From contig NZ_JABXKF010000082.1 in assembly GCF_017115165.1 (NCBI RefSeq), forward strand, positions 17,196 through 81,195: a DNA stretch of 64,000 bases, given 5' to 3'. The DNA comes from Nostoc sp. LPT (GTDB lineage: Bacteria; Cyanobacteriota; Cyanobacteriia; Cyanobacteriales; Nostocaceae). Below are positions 9,687-19,358 of this stretch, piece by piece. The notes under the pieces were generated by a model, which was given only the letters and a program-made list of their open reading frames with translations, had not been told where the DNA came from and did not search any database. The position numbers and the translations under genes are program-made. Each line of letters opens with the position of its first letter. Positions within the stretch are counted from its first letter, which is position 1.

Positions 9687-12600
9687 TTAATTGTTGAGTG
9701 AAATTTCATTCGACACACCAGAAATTTTCCTATCCCTTGAAGCCCCCAATTCTTCCAGCGCATCAATTTGGGCTTCGTCTAAACCTTTAACGCCCGAAAT
9801 ATTCATACCCTGATATAGTTTGCCAAGTTCTATGGTATTAATACTAATATTAATATCTCCCTCTACATCCCAAAACTTGATAGTCTGATCTTGGCTACAG
9901 CTAATAAGTCTCTTACCATCAGGACTAAATACTACAGACTCTACAGCAAGCTTATGTCCTTTGAGTGTCTTGTGAGGCTTACTTTCCCACTTCTTATCTG
10001 CCTCACTTATTTTCCATAGCGTAATAAAGCCACCATGTCCAGCACTAGCAATCATTGGTTTTTCGGGATGAATAGCGACAGAAAGTATTTTTTGATCTCC
10101 AGACCAAGTGAGTTTGTGAATAAGTTCTCCAGAATCAACATCCCACAATTTTAGTTGTTGATCAAAACCCCCGCTAACCAATTTATTTTCAAGCAATGTA
10201 TTTTCCTTTGGGCCAAAAGCAATGCTATGAACTTGGTCTTTATGATCATTGATATCTTTTTCTTTGTCATCTGAATTTACGTTCGGAGTTTCGTATGAAT
10301 TTACGTTCACAGTTTTAGTTCCGTCTGATTTTACCTTTACCTCTACCTTTCTCAGATAAATCTTTGTCTCACGGTCGCTGCTAGCTAGATAATCACCATT
10401 TGGACTAAAAGCTAGGGATAGGACTCGGTCTTTGTGTTCAATAAATTCTTTTAATATTTGAGGAGATTTTATATTATCATCTAGATTCCATAAAACAACT
10501 TTGTTGTCATTGCCTGCGCTAGCCAATATATTGCTGTCAGCATGAAAAACAACACATCGAACGCGTTTACTATGTCCTGTCAGTTTATTATTTCCTTGTT
10601 CTGTCAGTGCATTATCCTTATTTCCTTGTTCTGTTAGTTCATTATCCTTATTTACTATTAACTCAATGGATTCCCACTTTTCATCTTGTAACTGCCACAG
10701 AAAAATCTTATTGTCTTCACCACCACTGGCTATAAGTGTTCCATCTTTGTTGAAAGCCACTGACCAAACCCAATCAGTATGTTTTAAAAGTTTGTGAATT
10801 GGAATATCTGAGCGGTCATGATAATTCCAAATACGAATTGTATTGTCTTCACCTCCACAGGCAAAAGTTATACGATCTTTACCATCTTTATCTTTCTCTT
10901 TACTAAATGCTACTGACCAGACGCGATTAGCATATCCTGTCAAGGTCTGTTTACATTTCCATTTGTCGTTTTCGTTTTCCCAATGCCAAAGTTTGACGGT
11001 ACGCCCATCGCCACCGCTTATTAAAAGTTTAGGTTCGTTAGTAGGGTTAGGGCAAAATGTTACACTTCTGATCAAATGTTCATGACCCTCCAAGTTGTCA
11101 ATGAAATTCCATTCTTTCCCAATTAACTTCCACAGCCGAATTCTATGTTCGCTCTGCCCTTTCAAATTCCTATCGATACATCCAACAGCAAGAATCTTCC
11201 CATCCTGACTAAATGCTAGCGTCCGTATCTGACTAATTATATTTTCATTTTCTGTTGGAAACTGGAGTTCTGTCAAGCTTCCTTCTCCGTTTAAATTTAG
11301 ATAATTGGACAATATCACTTTTCCATCCTCACCTCCACTGGCTATAATGTTTTGTTGACTATTAAATGCAATACATCGTATTACTCCTGTATGAACTCTT
11401 TTATTTACCGCTTCTTTCCGGGTGTTGAAATACCAAATATAAATATCTCCATCCTTCCCACCGCTAACTAAAAGGTTGTCATTAATAAAAGTCATACAAG
11501 AGATATTAGTAGCAGATAAACTTGGCAATTTTTTTTTCTCAAGAATATCAAAAAATTTTATCGCATCACCCTTTCCATCTCCTCCAAAGGCCAGAATATT
11601 TCCACTAGGGCTAAACGCTACTGATAATACACGTCCCTTTGATAATACAGATCCCTGTTCGTTAGGTAAGTCAATATTGCTAAGTTTGAGTTTGCCTAGA
11701 GTATCGGTTTCAATCTCGAATAACCTAACACTACCGTCTTCTGCTCCCCAAGCAAATCTCCAAGGTTCAGTCTCTGAACTAAAAGCAACCGACCAAATTT
11801 GACTTCCCCTTTCGTTCTGAAAATAACAGAGTTCCAAGTTCTCTGTATTATGAACTCGAATTGATCCATGAGCATCCCCTGTAGCAAAATAACTACCATC
11901 AGCATTAAAGGCTATGGAATGAATGCAACCTAACGGTTCAGAAAAAATCGAGTTTTTCAGGTCAGAATTAGAAAAATCTACTCCTGTTAAAATAGCCTCT
12001 CGTAAGTCAGCCTCCAAAATAGTGATACTAGATAGATCAAAGTAGCTAAAATCTTTTTTTAAGTCGAGCTTCAATAAAAAATTTAAAATATTACCTGCGG
12101 CGTAGTTGTCTTTTTTTGATAATTCGCCCTTATCACTATTCACTAAAAGCTTGCTCATCCGGTCTGTGAGATTTTCTTCACCCTCAAATCCATTCAATAG
12201 AAGGTTTTTAATTTCATTAATATTGTAAAAATTTGAATTATTGGAACTGTCATTTTTTGCTCCATGAAAAAACAATTTTCCTTTTAAAAAGTTAAGTCTT
12301 CCTGTTTTTAGTTCTTGAATAAGATTACCAATGTTACTAATAATTTTTAATTCCATTATTGTATTTAACAACTTTACTATAGAATTTTCACTATTTGGAT
12401 TTTGACGTGCAATTTTAATAAGTTCAAGAAGTTCTTCAAATGGTTCTTTTTCCTGATTATTTGGTAATTCAATTTGTTTTCCGCTACAAAGTGAGATTAA
12501 CTTCTCTTGATCATTCGATGAGAGGCTTTGAAACAGATTCAGAACTAATTTTCCTCCTATGATGTCGTCTTCTAATAAAGATTTTTGTTGTGGAGTTGAT

Positions 12601-13058
12601 CTAACATTATTTTCATCTTCCACAGGTGGTCTATTAGACTCACGCCCAATTGCTTTGATAAGTTTTTTTAAGCCATCTTGATAGTTTTCGTTATCTATGG
12701 GGATATGTAAGATAGATTCAAGAAAAAGTGGCTTTTTACAGTCTTTATAAAGTACTGGAATCAGGCGGCGATTAGGATCACGTGATTCTACTTTGGCACG
12801 TTTTTCTTCGTCAATTTGTAGATTTATCCATGCTTCTCTTTCGCGTTTAACCCATTCCGAATCAATGCTATCAGGTGAGAGTACCAGGACAAAAACACTG
12901 GCATTAAAAAGAGCTTTTTCAAGCTTTGCTAGTATACTATCCCCTGGAATAATTTCATCTTCATCTAGCCAAACCTCAATATCTTCACTCTTTAAATTTC
13001 CTTTTAATCTCCTAACAAAGTCTTTATCGCTACTGCTATAACTCATGAAAACTTGCAT
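9687..13058 (-). CDS. TIR domain / helical linker / pentapeptide-like / WD40-repeat protein (about 14 blades)
   Basis: 1123 aa. N-terminal TIR (FMSYSSSDKDFVRRL...VLVLSPDSIDSEWVKRE). Helical region of about 200 aa with no P-loop. Then ILEADLREAILTGVDFSNSDLKNSIFSE, then many WD40 units (VWSVAFS...GGEDNTIRIWN). Visibly AT-rich with no HIP1 seen. Confidence 0.9.
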   Translation of the reverse strand: MQVFMSYSSSDKDFVRRLKGNLKSEDIEVWLDEDEIIPGDSILAKLEKALFNASVFVLVLSPDSIDSEWVKREREAWINLQIDEEKRAKVESRDPNRRLIPVLYKDCKKPLFLESILHIPIDNENYQDGLKKLIKAIGRESNRPPVEDENNVRSTPQQKSLLEDDIIGGKLVLNLFQSLSSNDQEKLISLCSGKQIELPNNQEKEPFEELLELIKIARQNPNSENSIVKLLNTIMELKIISNIGNLIQELKTGRLNFLKGKLFFHGAKNDSSNNSNFYNINEIKNLLLNGFEGEENLTDRMSKLLVNSDKGELSKKDNYAAGNILNFLLKLDLKKDFSYFDLSSITILEADLREAILTGVDFSNSDLKNSIFSEPLGCIHSIAFNADGSYFATGDAHGSIRVHNTENLELCYFQNERGSQIWSVAFSSETEPWRFAWGAEDGSVRLFEIETDTLGKLKLSNIDLPNEQGSVLSKGRVLSVAFSPSGNILAFGGDGKGDAIKFFDILEKKKLPSLSATNISCMTFINDNLLVSGGKDGDIYIWYFNTRKEAVNKRVHTGVIRCIAFNSQQNIIASGGEDGKVILSNYLNLNGEGSLTELQFPTENENIISQIRTLAFSQDGKILAVGCIDRNLKGQSEHRIRLWKLIGKEWNFIDNLEGHEHLIRSVTFCPNPTNEPKLLISGGDGRTVKLWHWENENDKWKCKQTLTGYANRVWSVAFSKEKDKDGKDRITFACGGEDNTIRIWNYHDRSDIPIHKLLKHTDWVWSVAFNKDGTLIASGGEDNKIFLWQLQDEKWESIELIVNKDNELTEQGNKDNALTEQGNNKLTGHSKRVRCVVFHADSNILASAGNDNKVVLWNLDDNIKSPQILKEFIEHKDRVLSLAFSPNGDYLASSDRETKIYLRKVEVKVKSDGTKTVNVNSYETPNVNSDDKEKDINDHKDQVHSIAFGPKENTLLENKLVSGGFDQQLKLWDVDSGELIHKLTWSGDQKILSVAIHPEKPMIASAGHGGFITLWKISEADKKWESKPHKTLKGHKLAVESVVFSPDGKRLISCSQDQTIKFWDVEGDINISINTIELGKLYQGMNISGVKGLDEAQIDALEELGASRDRKISGVSNEISLNN

Positions 13059-13071
13059 TCGTGTTTCTCCA

Positions 13072-13554
13072 TTATTTATTCACCCCAGCAATTACTGCTA
13101 GCGCGTTGGCATATTCTTCCAAATCCTTCCTCAGAGATTCCAACTCAGCCCGCAATTTTGGCTCTTCAGACCAATTGCGCTCGTGTTCTTTAAGACTGAG
13201 ATGAGGAGGACGCGGGGCTTCCCATGTCTGCAATAGTGGATGCCACTTAGCCAGGAAAGGACGCAAACCATTATTGAGTACTGCGATCGCAATTCCTCCT
13301 ACTGAATCGCGTGATGCTCCCACATCTGGACCAGCCTCCTTTAGGACTTGTCTTGTTACAGGAAACAAGTTGTCTTCCCGTAACATTCCTTGGTCAACTT
13401 CCAAAGGCTGTACTGCAATGCAGGTAACAAGTTCAATGTAAAGTGACCAGGCGGCTCTGCGTTCTGTTGGATCTGCTTCCCATTCAACAGAACCAATACT
13501 AAAAGGAAGACTGAAAGAGACTTTTTTGATTTTTGCAGGGTCGGATTTAGGCAT
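13072..13554 (-). CDS. hypothetical protein, upstream operon partner of the TIR-WD40 gene
   Basis: 160-aa ATG ORF that ends 13 nt before the TIR ATG. A GGAG sits about 10 nt before that ATG. Motifs ERRAAWSLYIELVT and LRPFLAKWHPLL. Higher GC than the TIR gene and contains a HIP1 site. Confidence 0.6.
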   Translation of the reverse strand: MPKSDPAKIKKVSFSLPFSIGSVEWEADPTERRAAWSLYIELVTCIAVQPLEVDQGMLREDNLFPVTRQVLKEAGPDVGASRDSVGGIAIAVLNNGLRPFLAKWHPLLQTWEAPRPPHLSLKEHERNWSEEPKLRAELESLRKDLEEYANALAVIAGVNK

Positions 13555-13919
13555 AAATTTATTGCAACTATTATTGTGTTGAGCTAATGGTGCAATTAGA
13601 GAACTCTAATTTATGGCAGTTTATTTCCCCTTTTTACTCGCCAGATAAATGTGCTTTATTAACTTTTAGCCATTGCAAAACACAGGCTGCATGAAATTGT
13701 TTCTTTAGGTACTCTGTAATACTAATGTGGATAGCAGTTACAAATAATTGTTCAATAGAAAGCCTAGCTGTACACAACTACAAAGATACAGAATTAGATT
13801 CCAGAAAAATATTGTCAAATTAGGTAGATTGTTGCTAGTAATTTTCACTATATCAGTATTGCCTTTGCTGTTATATTTCAGGAAATAAATAGATTTATAA
13901 GTTGATTACAATGATTGCT

Positions 13920-14130
13920 GCAAATGCTTAAATGTTTCTTATACATGGAAGACCATTTGTTGCAAAGCATTAAGCATTTGCAAAAAAGAATTATACATTT
14001 GCGGCAAATGCTTAAACGTTTCTTATACATGGAAGACCATTTGTTGCAAAGTATTAAGCGTTTGGAAAAAAGAATTATACATTTGCGGCAAATGCTTAAG
14101 GGTTTCTTATATATGGAAGAACATTAGCTG
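13920..14130. repeat. 84-bp tandem repeat array (about 2.6 copies), each unit containing a long hairpin
   Basis: Units start at 13920, 14004 and 14088 (gcaaatgcttaa...). Each has gcaaatgcttaaatg ... cattaagcatttgc, a stem of about 14 bp with a loop of about 33 nt. The minus strand carries TGTATAAT. Confidence 0.85.
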
Positions 14131-14281
14131 CAAACGCTCAATTTTTGACAACTAATGTTTAAATTTGAGCGATGTCGAAAGAGACTTAGCACCGAAAAAC
14201 AATGTAGAGACTTAGTACTACGTCTCTTTGGCTTAATGCACTACGATACAATCAATTTAACCACCTCTACTGCCTGCGCTC

Positions 14282-14986
14282 GTGGTCAACACGTCTCCAC
14301 AACATTCGACTCCAACTGATTCTACCTCCGACATTCCGCCTCTTGAGAGTGGCGATCGCCTCATTCGTCCAGAGTTTGAGCGTCGCTATAATGCTATGCC
14401 CAACCTCAAGAAAGCTGAATTGATTGAAGGAGTCGTTTACGTGGGATCACCTTTGGGCTTTGAACCACACGCCGAACCGCATGGTAATTTAATGATTTGG
14501 CTGGGAAATTATAAAGTAGCCACGCTTGGTGTCAGACTAGGCGATAATCCAACTGTGCGGCTAGATTTAGATAATGAACCCCAACCTGATGCCATTTTGT
14601 TAATTGATGCAGCGTGTGGCGGATCATCTCATCTGGGTACTGATGGTTACGTGGAAGGTGCGCCAGAATTAGTAGCAGAAGTTGCCGCCAGCAGTGCTAG
14701 CAAAGATTTGTATGATAAAAAACGTGCCTATCGTCGCAATGGCATTCAGGAATATATTGTTTGGCAGGTTTTTGAGCGGACTGTTAGTTGGTTCAGCTTG
14801 CAAAATGGTGAATACGTAGCGCTGATACCAAATGCGTCAGGCATAATTCAAAGTCAAGTCTTTCCGGGATTGTGGCTTGATGTATCAGCATTAGTTGCGG
14901 ACAATATGCAACAAGTTTTAGCAGTGTTGCAGAAAGGGCTAAGTTCAGCAGAACATCAGACGTTTATTCAGCAAATAAGTATTTAA
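14282..14986 (+). CDS. Uma2-family (DUF820) putative endonuclease
   Basis: 234 aa with a GTG start. Pattern GDRLIRPEFERRY..MP..KKAELIEGVVY...PELVAEV.S.S....D...K...Y...GIQEYIVW is typical of the cyanobacterial Uma2 family. Confidence 0.85.
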   Translation: MVNTSPQHSTPTDSTSDIPPLESGDRLIRPEFERRYNAMPNLKKAELIEGVVYVGSPLGFEPHAEPHGNLMIWLGNYKVATLGVRLGDNPTVRLDLDNEPQPDAILLIDAACGGSSHLGTDGYVEGAPELVAEVAASSASKDLYDKKRAYRRNGIQEYIVWQVFERTVSWFSLQNGEYVALIPNASGIIQSQVFPGLWLDVSALVADNMQQVLAVLQKGLSSAEHQTFIQQISI

Positions 14987-15013
14987 AAAGGGTTAAACCG
15001 AATCATTATCATT

Positions 15014-18000
15014 TTAAGTTATGGTATTATTTAATTTAGTCTGCACCAGTGCCACAACAGCCTGAACTAACTCTTCTGGATCGAGGGGCTTGGTAACGTG
15101 CCGTTGATAGCCACTGCTTATCGCTCGCTGGGAATCCTCAACTCTGGCATAAGCAGTCAAAGCGATCGCCGGAATCTCTCCCCCTTTTTCGGGCGTTAAA
15201 GTGCGGATCTGTTTGATCAGAGAATAGCCATCGACTTCAGGCATCCCAATATCACTGACTAAAACATCGGGTTGAAAAGACTCCAAGTTTGCCAATACTT
15301 CCGTCGCAGAGGCGACAGTCAGCACTTTTGCTCCGTATTCCGCAAGTAATACTGTTAATAGCTCACGAGCATCGGGATCGTCATCGACTGTGAGAACTCG
15401 AATCCCCGTGAGTTCGAGTGCTTTTTGTGGCAACTCATCTGGCTGGTTGATTTCCGGTTCTACATTCAGCAGTGGCAATTGGACTGTAAAGGTGGCTCCC
15501 AAGCCTTCACCAGGACTATCAGCCTTGATCGTGCCGCCGTGCGCCTCAACTAACTGCCGAACGATCGCCAACCCCAATCCTAACCCCCCATACTTGCGAG
15601 TAATGGAAACATCTTCCTGACGAAATGACTCAAAAATATACGGGAGAAACTCTGGGTTAATGCCTTTGCCAGTGTCACTAACGATAATCTGTGCTCGATC
15701 ATCAACTCGCTCTAGTCTGGTTTCTACCCGTCCTCCCTTGGGGGTAAACTTGATCGCATTGGAAAGTAAATTCCAAACGATCTGTTGCAGGCGGTTGGAA
15801 TCTCCAGAGACTTGCCCAATATTCGGCAGTACTGAATGCAACACAATTGATTTGGAAAGGGCTGCTGTATTTACTGTGTCGATCGCAGATTCAATCACAA
15901 ATGCCAGATTTACAGGAGCAGCATCTATGCTAAGTTTGCCGCGCAGAATCTTGGCTACATCGAGCAAGTCATCAATCAGTTGAGTTTGCAGTTTTGCGTT
16001 GCGTTCAATGGTGGCTAAAGCTTCAGCTGTTTTGGTTTCACTAAATTTGCGGGTTTGTAGCAGTTTTGTCCAGCCGAGAATGGGGTTGAGAGGCGATCGC
16101 AATTCATGGGAGAGAATGGCCAGAAACTCATCTTTGATACGATTGGCGCGTTCGGCTTCGGCTCTGGCTGCTTGCTCCAATTTCAACAAGCGATCGCGTT
16201 CGATTTCAGCTTGTTTGCGAGCGGTGATATCCTGCACGTTGCCTACCATCCGTACTGCATTGCCCGCAGCATCATAAAAAACCTGACCTCTAGCCGCTAA
16301 CCAGCGAATGCCATCAGGATGTAGAATGCGGTAATCATCTTCATAGTACTCTTGCTGTTGCTGGATGGTGTGACTCACTATTTCATTGGCTGAGGTGCGA
16401 TCGTCTGGGTGCAGGTGGCTTAACCACAGTTCATAGCTGATTTCCTCTGTGGTTGGGTCAAGCCCGAACAAATTGTAGTACTCTTCAGATACATGTATAC
16501 TTTTGCGGGTAATGTCCCAGTCCCATAGTCCCAATCCCGTAGCTTTGTACGCCAATTTCAACCGGGCTTCGCTCTCCTGCAAAAGGAGTTCTATTTTTTT
16601 GCGATCGGTGATGTCTCGCGAAATCAATAAGATTCGTTCTAACTGCCCGGAGGCATCCAGAATCGGGCTAACGACCACTTCCCACCATTTCGCAGTACCT
16701 TTTGCAGTTGGGCAGTATCCGCGAAAAATGTTGACTTTGCCTGCTTTAGCGGCAGCGAGTGCCTGCTCTGCCTGTTGCCGATAGCTGCCTTCCCAGAAAC
16801 ATAGCCATTCAGTATTGAGATAGGAATTTAAGTCGTCAATTTCCATCAAACACAGTCCACCTATATTCATGTACAGGAGCCGCCCGTCCAGGCTTAATAC
16901 CTTGATGCAGTCAGAACTGCTATCTAAAATACGGTTTTTAAATTCTTCACTCTGGCGCAGGGCTTCGGCTGACCGTTTGCGTTCGGTGATATCTAAATCG
17001 ATACCAGCCATCTGAATTGGTTGTCCGTGTTGGTCGTAAAATACCTTGCCCTGGCTCAATGCCCATCGAATTTTACCGTTGCCATATACCACTCGAAATT
17101 CAATGTCATAGTCTTCTCCGTTGGCGACAGCACGATCGACGGCTGCCAGCACGCGATCGCGATCGTCAGGGTGCAACCGCGCGGCAAACATCTCGAATGA
17201 GCCGTCAAACTCTCCTGCTTCCAGTCCAAATAAGGCTTCCAGGTTATCCGACCAGGAAATTGTTCCCGTCTGGATATTCCAGTTCCATGTTCCCATCCGA
17301 GAAGCTGATAGTGCCAATTGCAGCCGTTCGTCACTCTGCCGTAATTCTGCTTCTACCCGTCTGCGATCAGTCAGTTCATTATGTGCCTGCTGATAGAGTT
17401 CCGCCTGTCGAATTGCAATGCCAACTTGAATCGCCAGTTCTTTAAGCAAGTCAATCTCTAAGGGTTGCCATCTTTTTGGTACAGCACAGTTGTGAGCAAT
17501 TAGCAATCCCCAAAAGTGATCATCATAAACAATCGGCACGACCAGATTAGCTTTTACTTGATACTGAGTCAACAATTCAACGTGGCATGGGTCAATGGTG
17601 CTATCTTGAATATCAAATATTGCTGTTACGTAACCCTGACAATAGGGTTGGCTATAATTTTCGACAAAGGCGGGATCGTTGCTGACAATTTCCAGTGGAT
17701 TCGATGCAAGGTATTTCTTAGCGAGGCAGGGATCGTACATAGTGGAGTAAAGGAGCGATCGCCACTCTGTCCCAACCGATTCTGCTACTACTGTCCCATC
17801 TCCGTCAGGTTTTAACTGAAAAACCAAGACGCGATCAGTGTGCAGAAATTCTCGCACTTCGGTTACAGTTGTCTGAAGAATTTCATCCAGATTTAGCGAT
17901 TGGTGAATTTTCTGGGTAATATGTGAAACTACGCGCTCTCGTTCAATACGCTGTTGTAATTGGGTGTGTAGCCGCACTGTTTCAATTGCCCCATTGACCG

Positions 18001-18364
18001 CTGTTTGCAGCTTTTCTGGGGTAATTTGCTCTTTGACAAGATAATCTTGTGCGCCCGCTTTGATCGCCTTAACTGCGATCGCCTCGTTGCCCTGCCCGGT
18101 GACAACAATCACAGGTAGGCAAGGCTGTTGGATTGAGGGTTGCAATTGTGCTATAAATTCCAGCCCGTCTAGGTCAGGTAGCCGATAATCAACCAACACA
18201 GCATCGGGCTGGTGTTGCTGCCAAAGTTCTAGTCCTTGCTGCCCCTGCGTTGCTTCTAAAAATGTATAGGAATATTCGCGATCGCGCAGCAAATATCGCC
18301 GATAGAGTTCTCGATCTTCTGGCGAATCATCGACAATTAAGAGAGTGCGCTGTTGCTGAGACAT
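15014..18364 (-). CDS. hybrid sensor histidine kinase/response regulator (REC, GAF, multiple PAS, HisKA, HATPase, REC)
   Basis: 1116 aa. N-terminal receiver LLIVDDSPED...VDYRLPDLDG. H-box SHELRSPLNPILGW. NLLSNAIKFT, DTGKGI, GGLGLGLAIV. C-terminal receiver VLTVDDDPD...SDIGMPEVDG. The kinase core is a paralogue of the 1837-6102 kinase core. Confidence 0.9.
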   Translation of the reverse strand: MSQQQRTLLIVDDSPEDRELYRRYLLRDREYSYTFLEATQGQQGLELWQQHQPDAVLVDYRLPDLDGLEFIAQLQPSIQQPCLPVIVVTGQGNEAIAVKAIKAGAQDYLVKEQITPEKLQTAVNGAIETVRLHTQLQQRIERERVVSHITQKIHQSLNLDEILQTTVTEVREFLHTDRVLVFQLKPDGDGTVVAESVGTEWRSLLYSTMYDPCLAKKYLASNPLEIVSNDPAFVENYSQPYCQGYVTAIFDIQDSTIDPCHVELLTQYQVKANLVVPIVYDDHFWGLLIAHNCAVPKRWQPLEIDLLKELAIQVGIAIRQAELYQQAHNELTDRRRVEAELRQSDERLQLALSASRMGTWNWNIQTGTISWSDNLEALFGLEAGEFDGSFEMFAARLHPDDRDRVLAAVDRAVANGEDYDIEFRVVYGNGKIRWALSQGKVFYDQHGQPIQMAGIDLDITERKRSAEALRQSEEFKNRILDSSSDCIKVLSLDGRLLYMNIGGLCLMEIDDLNSYLNTEWLCFWEGSYRQQAEQALAAAKAGKVNIFRGYCPTAKGTAKWWEVVVSPILDASGQLERILLISRDITDRKKIELLLQESEARLKLAYKATGLGLWDWDITRKSIHVSEEYYNLFGLDPTTEEISYELWLSHLHPDDRTSANEIVSHTIQQQQEYYEDDYRILHPDGIRWLAARGQVFYDAAGNAVRMVGNVQDITARKQAEIERDRLLKLEQAARAEAERANRIKDEFLAILSHELRSPLNPILGWTKLLQTRKFSETKTAEALATIERNAKLQTQLIDDLLDVAKILRGKLSIDAAPVNLAFVIESAIDTVNTAALSKSIVLHSVLPNIGQVSGDSNRLQQIVWNLLSNAIKFTPKGGRVETRLERVDDRAQIIVSDTGKGINPEFLPYIFESFRQEDVSITRKYGGLGLGLAIVRQLVEAHGGTIKADSPGEGLGATFTVQLPLLNVEPEINQPDELPQKALELTGIRVLTVDDDPDARELLTVLLAEYGAKVLTVASATEVLANLESFQPDVLVSDIGMPEVDGYSLIKQIRTLTPEKGGEIPAIALTAYARVEDSQRAISSGYQRHVTKPLDPEELVQAVVALVQTKLNNTIT

Positions 18365-18634
18365 CGTGAATTAATTAATCGAGTATGAGTTAACCCACAT
18401 TTTGCAGGTTAGCAGAGAAAAACTGGTATTTTTCAATCAATGCTAAAACCCCTATTATGCCAGGATTTTAACATACTTGATAGACTTTATTTTGTTGCTC
18501 TTTTCATCAGCTTTGCATTAACATCTTTACTTGGTTTTGATGTAGTATATGTTGCTTACAAACTATTTATAATACTTATATCACTTTTGCTAGAGAACAA
18601 GCTATAAATATTCATTCACTCATACAAATTATTT

Positions 18635-19024
18635 ATGAAGAGTATATTTGCTTTCTTATTTATTATAGAAATTTATGTAAACATTTTAAAATCCTTTTTC
18701 TCTCTACTTCATGAAGCTTACAATCTGAAAGATAAGTTTTTACACAACATGATATCAGCTCCAATTATCCATTTTTACCTTAGGCAAACATATAAGCTGA
18801 AATTACTGTGGTCAGGTAGTTTTACTTTTTTAACTTCATCGATAATCTGTGACGTGGAAAAAATATTTGCCAAAAATTCAGGGTTTTTGCTGGATACAGA
18901 AAACCGAGTTCTTATTTTGGATAAAGTTGAGATTAGACCAATAGCAGATTCCAAGCTTTTAGTGCGTTACGTTATTGCTAACACACCCTACGTGGATTTC
19001 AAAAATAAAATACTAGTCCTATAG
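18635..19024 (+). CDS. hypothetical ORF, weak
   Basis: 129-aa ATG ORF in AT-rich intergenic DNA. Low-complexity hydrophobic N-terminus. No family recognised and it may be non-coding. Confidence 0.2.
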   Translation: MKSIFAFLFIIEIYVNILKSFFSLLHEAYNLKDKFLHNMISAPIIHFYLRQTYKLKLLWSGSFTFLTSSIICDVEKIFAKNSGFLLDTENRVLILDKVEIRPIADSKLLVRYVIANTPYVDFKNKILVL

Positions 19025-19358
19025 CAATAGTGCTTAGTTAAAACTAGAAAATAAAAATGTCTAAGTTAGTTTTCGTTCCTCAACCCAACCGATGAATGAG
19101 CAATATTGAGTTCTATAGAATTAATAAACACGATAGATAACATAATTTTTAGTATTTTTGCTATCAATACAGAAAACTCGGAAGAAGAAATAAATACTCA
19201 ATACGTTGTTAGATATGGTGAAAAAATATGAGCTTTTTTTACATATCTACGAAAGCGGTCAATCCACTGAGTTCAGCGAATTTCCTTGTTGACAAAAACT
19301 CAGTTTTCAATATCTAACTGAAAAACGATGAGGCAATTGCGCGATCTCTAACTCATGA

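Noticed and set aside
13915-14127. 70-aa ORF with a repetitive peptide (MLKCFLYMEDHLLQSIKHLQKRIIHLRQ repeated)
   Set aside because: It stays open only because the 84-bp tandem repeat period is divisible by 3. It has a TTG start and no RBS, and the sequence is dominated by hairpin arms. I treat it as non-coding repeat DNA.
15390-17815. Eight track ORFs inside or antisense to the 15014-18364 kinase
   Set aside because: Same reasoning. They are shadow ORFs in a GC-richer long gene, with Arg/Ser-rich nonsense-like translations.
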